NCBI GenBank assembly: GCA_021734945.1
Contig: JAIPIA010000002.1
Coordinates: 258,829 to 322,828 of the forward strand
Reading direction: 5' to 3'
Source: Minisyncoccota bacterium
GTDB lineage: Bacteria; Patescibacteriota; Minisyncoccia; Phycocordibacterales; CAIZLB01
DNA length: 64,000 nt
Part shown: positions 59,028 through 64,000 of the stretch, piece by piece
How positions within the stretch are numbered: position 1 is the stretch's first letter
Layout of the letters: each line of letters starts with the position of its first letter
Translations under genes and position numbers: made by a program
The notes under the pieces: generated by a model
Databases searched by the model: none
What the model was told of the DNA's origin: nothing
The model's input: only the letters and a program-made list of their open reading frames with translations

Positions 59028-61151
59028 ATGAGTATATACATGACCGGAAGTTATTTTCACAAAAAAATAATTCTTATTCTTGCACTCGTGGCTTTTTTAG
59101 TGAGTGGATTTTTTCCAACAAATGTTATTGAAGCTGCAACAAATGACGCTACTGATCAAGTTTTTAATATTGTAGGGAAACAAGCAGGTACCCCTACACC
59201 TCCTAAAAGCCAGGCTCAAGCACTTCAAGATCTTCAAAAAGCAGCAGGCCTTCCTGTAACAAATCCAGTACCTGCTTCTGGTAGTGTTGTTAATACAATG
59301 ACTGGGAAGACCCAAAAAAGCCAAGCCGAGCTTGTTCAAGCGGCAAAGAATGCACCACCTGCAAAATCACAAACATCTAAAAATGATGAGATTTACTGTT
59401 TCGACTTCGGAGGAGAGGGTTTAACAGGAGCTAGATTTAGTCTAACAGGATGTGGAGCTATCGTAGCGTTTGCAATTTTAGGTGTTGCCTCATGGGTTCT
59501 ATGGCTTTCAGCTATCCTTTTTAATGCAACAATAAGCTATACATTAAACATGGCTGGTTTTTTAAGTGATGTTCCTATTGTTGCACTTGGATGGACCACT
59601 TTTAGAGATCTAGCAAACTTATTTTTTGTTTTCATAATTCTCTATATTGCAATCAACACGATTGTTGGAAATGAAGGGTATGGAATTAAAAAACTCCTCG
59701 GAAAAGTAATTGTCACAGCAATGCTCATAAACTTCAGTTTGTTTTTTACACAAGCAATGATTGATGGTTCGAACATTATGGCTCTGCAGTTCTATCACAA
59801 GATAATTCAAGACTCTAGCGATTCTGCTGGGGCTGATGGAGGACTCAACTCACTCGATGGTGGCATCTCTGCTGCTTTTGTAAAAGGACTTGGGTTACAA
59901 GAGGTGTGGGGAATAGGACAAGAAGCATCAAAAGAGTCTGGGGCTAATAGTCTTGACCCAAATGACGCCTCTACCCAAAAACTTGGTCTCAACTCAGGTA
60001 ATCTCTTGATTGTAGGACTTGGTGGAACAGTTCTTGTGCTTATTACTGCTTTTGTATTTTTTGCTGCAACCCTTATGTTCTTACTTAGAACAGTAACATT
60101 AGTATTTTTGATGATTCTTTCACCTCTCGCTTTCATGGGTAGCGTACTACCAGCTCTAGGAGATGTTACAAAGAAGTGGTGGAGTAAACTGTTTAATAAT
60201 TTACTCTTTGCTCCAGCATACATGACCCTTTTATATCTTGTGATAAGTATGATCACCAAAGGTGGCTTTACTGGTGTTAGAGGGGGAGGTTCTTTCTACC
60301 AACTCTTTAGTGGAAATGACAATATGATTGGGGCTGCAATGACTTTCGTAGTACTTAACGCCCTTATGGTTGGATGTCTCCTTATCGCAAGTAGTTTTGG
60401 AGTTGCTGGTTCAAAATGGGCAGAAAGTACAGGTATGGGACTTGCAACAAACTTGGGTATGAAGTTCAGTGGCGCAAACTTGGGTATGGGTATTGCTAGA
60501 AGTGGTTTAGGTGTGGCTGGAGGAGCAATAACATCGTTTGCAAAACCACTTGCCTCTTCAAATTTTGGACGAGTTATCGGTGGAGCAGCATTACTACGAG
60601 GTGGGCAAGCTCTTAAGGACGTAAAAGTAGGTGGTAAAAGTTATAAAGATGCAATAAAAGCGAAAGAGGATCAAATTTCAAAAGAGTATGAGGCTATTAA
60701 AGAAACAGATACAAACATCGTTCAAAGAAGATGGGAGAGTACACAAAGTTTTGATGCTAGAAAGGCGAAAGCAGATGCTTTGGAAACTAAAAATCAAAAT
60801 AGGGCTGATGCTAGAATTGGAGTAACAACTGACCAAAGAACTGGAAAAGTAAGTAAAAAAGGTTTCGGAATTCCTTCTATTTTAGGTGGTACAGCAGCAA
60901 GGCACAATGCACAGAAAAAATTATCTAAAGGAAGAGAAGGTGATGTAGATAAATCTATCAAAAAACCTTTTGAGAAAGCAGTCCAAGAAGCAAGAGAAAA
61001 CCTTAAAGGAGCTCTGTATGATCAGAAACAAAACCCAGGGAATCTTGCCTTCACAACCGCCGTTGCAACAGCTCAAGGAAATCTAAGAACTGCCCAATCA
61101 AATCTTAAGAGACTTTTTGACGGAGGCCCCGCACCAACACCAACACCTTAA
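59028..61151 (+). CDS. large polytopic membrane protein, putative T4SS VirB6/TrbL/TcpH-like component
   Basis: Signal sequence, a central block of six or more TM helices and a charged coiled C-terminal tail, in the same cluster as PrgI-like and VirB4-like genes. Confidence 0.35.
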   Translation: MSIYMTGSYFHKKIILILALVAFLVSGFFPTNVIEAATNDATDQVFNIVGKQAGTPTPPKSQAQALQDLQKAAGLPVTNPVPASGSVVNTMTGKTQKSQAELVQAAKNAPPAKSQTSKNDEIYCFDFGGEGLTGARFSLTGCGAIVAFAILGVASWVLWLSAILFNATISYTLNMAGFLSDVPIVALGWTTFRDLANLFFVFIILYIAINTIVGNEGYGIKKLLGKVIVTAMLINFSLFFTQAMIDGSNIMALQFYHKIIQDSSDSAGADGGLNSLDGGISAAFVKGLGLQEVWGIGQEASKESGANSLDPNDASTQKLGLNSGNLLIVGLGGTVLVLITAFVFFAATLMFLLRTVTLVFLMILSPLAFMGSVLPALGDVTKKWWSKLFNNLLFAPAYMTLLYLVISMITKGGFTGVRGGGSFYQLFSGNDNMIGAAMTFVVLNALMVGCLLIASSFGVAGSKWAESTGMGLATNLGMKFSGANLGMGIARSGLGVAGGAITSFAKPLASSNFGRVIGGAALLRGGQALKDVKVGGKSYKDAIKAKEDQISKEYEAIKETDTNIVQRRWESTQSFDARKAKADALETKNQNRADARIGVTTDQRTGKVSKKGFGIPSILGGTAARHNAQKKLSKGREGDVDKSIKKPFEKAVQEARENLKGALYDQKQNPGNLAFTTAVATAQGNLRTAQSNLKRLFDGGPAPTPTP

Positions 61152-61158
61152 AAACCAT

Positions 61159-61857
61159 ATGAAAAAAATTGAAGAAAAAGATTTTGAAAAAAAACTAGCA
61201 GAAGCACCAAAAGATGTGTCTCTGTTCATAACTGGTTTATATGTAGACCCTACTCTTGAACAAATGATAGGAGAAGATACTGAGGACTATCTTGTAATTG
61301 TGAATGAATTAGCTAATCAAATTGCATATTTTATTCTTGGTCTCCTTACTATTCAAGAGTTTAAAGATAACCTCGCAGAGGTCTTATACCTTGAGGGTGT
61401 GGTTGAAGTTCAAAAAGCATATGATGCAATAAATAAATTTGTAATCTCAAAACTAAATACAAAAGAAGGCATGAATATTGAAGAAAATAAAATTGAAGAT
61501 GCAAAACTAGCTGACTTAGCACATATATCCCACCACGACCTCCTCAGTGAAATTGAAAATCCAACACCATCGATAAAAACTACAGCAAGTTTTCAAGCTA
61601 ATCTTGGAGCAAATATAGTGAAAACAACTACTCCAGTAACAGCCCAGACTAACCCAACAACAACTCAAAAAAACCCCACAAACACATCAACAATAACCTC
61701 TCTCCATTCACCAGAACCAGTTGCACCATACACAAATCCAGCCTTAAATATAGCCGCGAAATTGGATCAAAAATTATCTACACCATCTGCTTCTATTCCA
61801 AAAGATATATATGTATCAAAAAAACCAGACCCATATCACGAACCAGTAAACCTCTAA
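61159..61857 (+). CDS. hypothetical protein (T4SS-cluster associated); ORF extends to 61117
   Basis: ORF between the VirB6-like and PrgI-like genes with a Thr/Pro-rich C-terminus. Confidence 0.35.
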   Translation: MKKIEEKDFEKKLAEAPKDVSLFITGLYVDPTLEQMIGEDTEDYLVIVNELANQIAYFILGLLTIQEFKDNLAEVLYLEGVVEVQKAYDAINKFVISKLNTKEGMNIEENKIEDAKLADLAHISHHDLLSEIENPTPSIKTTASFQANLGANIVKTTTPVTAQTNPTTTQKNPTNTSTITSLHSPEPVAPYTNPALNIAAKLDQKLSTPSASIPKDIYVSKKPDPYHEPVNL

Positions 61858-61873
61858 AAACTAAAATTCACCA

Positions 61874-62191
61874 ATGAAAAACTCCCTCGAAGCAAACGAA
61901 AAATTCAAACTACTCCCAGAGGATGCAAAGTCAGCTGTTCGAGACTTTGAATATGATAAAACACTCAAAGTGATACACGACACCTACAAGCTCCATATAG
62001 ATCAAGCTTACACACTCGAAAAAGCTGTGGCAGACGTTATTTTTGGAGATATAGAGCCACACGATCTTGTTTCTTTTCTTAAAAATGAGTTACGACTCAC
62101 TCCTGAAACTGCATTACAACTGAGTACAGACATTAATACAAAAATTCTTCTACCTATCCAAGCAAAGATGCGAGCGATACAGGCTGAATAA
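61874..62191 (+). CDS. hypothetical small protein (T4SS-cluster associated)
   Basis: 105-aa ORF, co-directional and tightly spaced in the cluster. Confidence 0.35.
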   Translation: MKNSLEANEKFKLLPEDAKSAVRDFEYDKTLKVIHDTYKLHIDQAYTLEKAVADVIFGDIEPHDLVSFLKNELRLTPETALQLSTDINTKILLPIQAKMRAIQAE

Positions 62192-62227
62192 CTTTCTACA
62201 TAACTTTAGTGCTATACTTATTAATAT

Positions 62228-62695
62228 ATGCGTTATCAAGTTCCACAATTTATCGAAGTAGAAGATAAAATATTTGGACCTTTTACATTTAAACAATTTA
62301 TCTACATGGCTGGAGGAGCTGGTCTTTGTTTTATTGCATACAGGACACTCCCATTCTTAGCAGCTATTGTTATTATGGTTCCTGCTGGCGGTTTTGCAGC
62401 AGCATTGGCTTTCTATAAACCCAACAACAGGCCTTTTATTAATGCTATCGAATCTGCTTTCAACTACTACATTACACAAAAGCTATATATCTGGAGAAAG
62501 GTTGATAAGAAAGTTGAACCAAAAACTATCACTGAGGTACTTGAAGCAGCAAAATCATCAGTGTCAGTTCCAAAACTTTCGGAAAGTCACCTCAAAGATT
62601 TAGCGTGGAGTCTCGATATTAATGAAACTATTTATTCAAGAGAATCTGGAAAACTCCAAGGTAGAAATGATGCTCCAAACTCAAAGCCTTTTTAG
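62228..62695 (+). CDS. PrgI-family-like small membrane protein (conjugative/T4SS)
   Basis: EVEDKIFGPFTFKQFIYMAGG followed by two TM helices resembles the PrgI N-terminus (FFGLSLRQFIF...). Confidence 0.5.
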   Translation: MRYQVPQFIEVEDKIFGPFTFKQFIYMAGGAGLCFIAYRTLPFLAAIVIMVPAGGFAAALAFYKPNNRPFINAIESAFNYYITQKLYIWRKVDKKVEPKTITEVLEAAKSSVSVPKLSESHLKDLAWSLDINETIYSRESGKLQGRNDAPNSKPF

Positions 62696-62830
62696 ACATT
62701 ATCTCTAGCTAGCAGAAGATCGACCTACACTCTTTTTTAAACTGAAGAACATCACATATTTTTACTTTTTCTAGTTGCGTTTGGGCCAAACAATGCTAAT
62801 ATATTAATCACATGGCCGAGAGGCTCCGAG

Positions 62831-62855
62831 AAAACCCTACAAATCGTAGGGTTTT
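62831..62855 (+). terminator. intrinsic terminator after PrgI-like gene
   Basis: aaaaccctacaaatcgtagggtttt is a perfect 10-bp stem. Confidence 0.6.
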
Positions 62856-62861
62856 CGTATT

Positions 62862-63382
62862 TTAGAATATTAAACTGACAAATAAAGATTTAATTTCTTC
62901 AAAAATAAATTTATCCAATCTCCTTATTTTTCTTGTTAGCCTTTTAGTACTGATCACTTTCACATGCTCCAACATTACATTCGAGGTCAAACCCTTGTTT
63001 TCAAGTTTATAATGAGACCTTATGTCTTTACTTTTAGAAGTTAATGGGGCAACCAAAGCAATCTTTCTATTAAAAACCTTTAAGACAAGAACAGGTCTCT
63101 CAAAAGAACTGTTTTACCGCAAGACTCTGACCCTGTATTAATACCTAAATTACACCACCATATTTCCCTTCTATTACAGAAAAATTCATCTCGATCAGTC
63201 TCTATTTTCTTTTTAAGAATATTCCAATTATCAAAGTCTTTAAGCATAAAATTAAACTTATCAACTTGTAGATAAAGTCTTAATAAAAAACTTATAAAAA
63301 ATCTACCTAAATAAGACGTTTCAAAAAAGTGTGTATTGCTATATAATTGTCCTATATGGCTATTGATGCAAAACCAACTCAA
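62862..63382 (-). pseudogene. MazF/PemK-family toxin remnant, disrupted by a -1/+2 frameshift near 63080
   Basis: The upstream ORF ends ...REIWWCNLGINTGSESCGK*. The adjacent frame continues RPVLVLKVFNRKIALVAPLTSKSKD...VISTKRL. Joined, these match the MazF/PemK GSEQxGxRPVLVL...APxTS consensus. Confidence 0.55.
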
Positions 63383-64000
63383 TCGTTCGTTCCAATAAAA
63401 GAAATCCGTGATGGTGTCATTGTTCTAAAAGATGGCTCTCTTCGCTCTATTTTACTTGCTTCATCTTTGAACTTCGCTCTCAAATCATCAGAAGAACAGC
63501 AATCTATTATCTTTCAATTTCAAAACTTTCTTAACTCAATAAATTTCTCTATCCAGATTTATACACAGTCTCGGAGACTTGATATACGTCCATACATAGC
63601 CCTTTTAGAGGAACGTCTCAAGGATCAGGTGGGGGATTTGATGAAAATGCAGACCCGAGAATACATTGAGTTCATCAAAAGCTTTACAGAATCAACTAGT
63701 ATTATGACAAAAAGCTTTTTTATTGTTGTTTCTTACTCAGCTCCAGCGCTTGGTGGAACAACAGCTATAAAAAAGTCATTCTTTGGAGGATCAAAAGGAA
63801 GTAAAAAAGATCAGGAGAAAACAACATTTGAAGAAAGCCGAAGTCAGCTTCAGCAACGAGTAGAGGTAGTTGAGCAAGGGCTTGTACGATGTGGTATTCG
63901 TATTGCAAACCTTGGTACAGAGGAGTTGATCGAGTTATTCTACAAAACATTTAACCCAGGAGATGTAGAAAAACCAATTCACCTTACTCAACAGAAGTAA
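63347..64000 (+). CDS. VirB4/PrgJ-like T4SS ATPase, N-terminal part (truncated by window end)
   Basis: IKEIRDGVIVLKDGSLRSILLASSLNFALKSSEEQQSIIFQFQNFLNSINFSIQIYTQSRRLDIRPY resembles the N-terminal region of Gram-positive-type VirB4 ATPases. No stop codon before the window edge. Confidence 0.45.
   Translation: MSYMAIDAKPTQSFVPIKEIRDGVIVLKDGSLRSILLASSLNFALKSSEEQQSIIFQFQNFLNSINFSIQIYTQSRRLDIRPYIALLEERLKDQVGDLMKMQTREYIEFIKSFTESTSIMTKSFFIVVSYSAPALGGTTAIKKSFFGGSKGSKKDQEKTTFEESRSQLQQRVEVVEQGLVRCGIRIANLGTEELIELFYKTFNPGDVEKPIHLTQQK

Overview
This 64-kb window is AT-rich (roughly 35% GC by eye). It looks like a reduced, CPR/Patescibacteria-like bacterial chromosome: many r-proteins carry extensions, trigger factor lacks a PPIase domain, and type IV pilus, ComEC and T4SS genes are present.

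Gene content along the window:
- 1..4064: 3' part of an S10 r-protein operon on the minus strand (rplB partial, rplW, rplD, rplC, rpsJ) followed by tuf.
- 4380..4990: a GC-rich island encoding a small secreted protein.
- 5078..9062: mpl (murein peptide ligase) and fusA.
- 9267..11629: a 3-gene insertion (sugar nucleotidyltransferase, TrmB-like HTH protein, lipoprotein) separating fusA from rpsG-rpsL. The canonical rpsL-rpsG-fusA-tuf-S10 supercluster is therefore interrupted twice.
- 12896..25262: tandem repeats upstream of rpsL, an M50/S2P protease, rpmB, a ComEC split into two ORFs with a Fe/Mn-SOD gene between them, RNase HI with a C-terminal hybrid-binding domain preceded by a G10 tract, an APH-like kinase, recJ, a HIT protein, and pgk-tpiA.
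- 25387..31897: a type IV pilus operon (pilB, pilC, three prepilins, and a large Ser/Thr/Asn-rich protein).
- 32060..39568: a second GC-rich small membrane ORF, then nusA, a truncated tig, a HAD phosphatase, rsmE, clpP, rny and hup.
- 40147..45303: a tRNA cluster (Gly-TCC, Pro-TGG, Gly-GCC, Arg-TCG; none encode CCA) with duplicated tRNA-Gly-plus-terminator modules, followed by a CCA-adding enzyme.
- 45839..56811: xthA, a XerC/D-like recombinase, rpsO, a NYN protein, a DksA-like protein, comM/yifB, an M23/LysM peptidase, uvrD/pcrA and rsmA.
- 56823..64000: a T4SS-like cluster (VirB6/TcpH-like membrane protein, PrgI-like protein, VirB4-like ATPase truncated by the window edge) containing a frameshifted, orphan MazF/PemK-like toxin remnant.

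No CRISPR array, rRNA gene or obvious IS element was seen.
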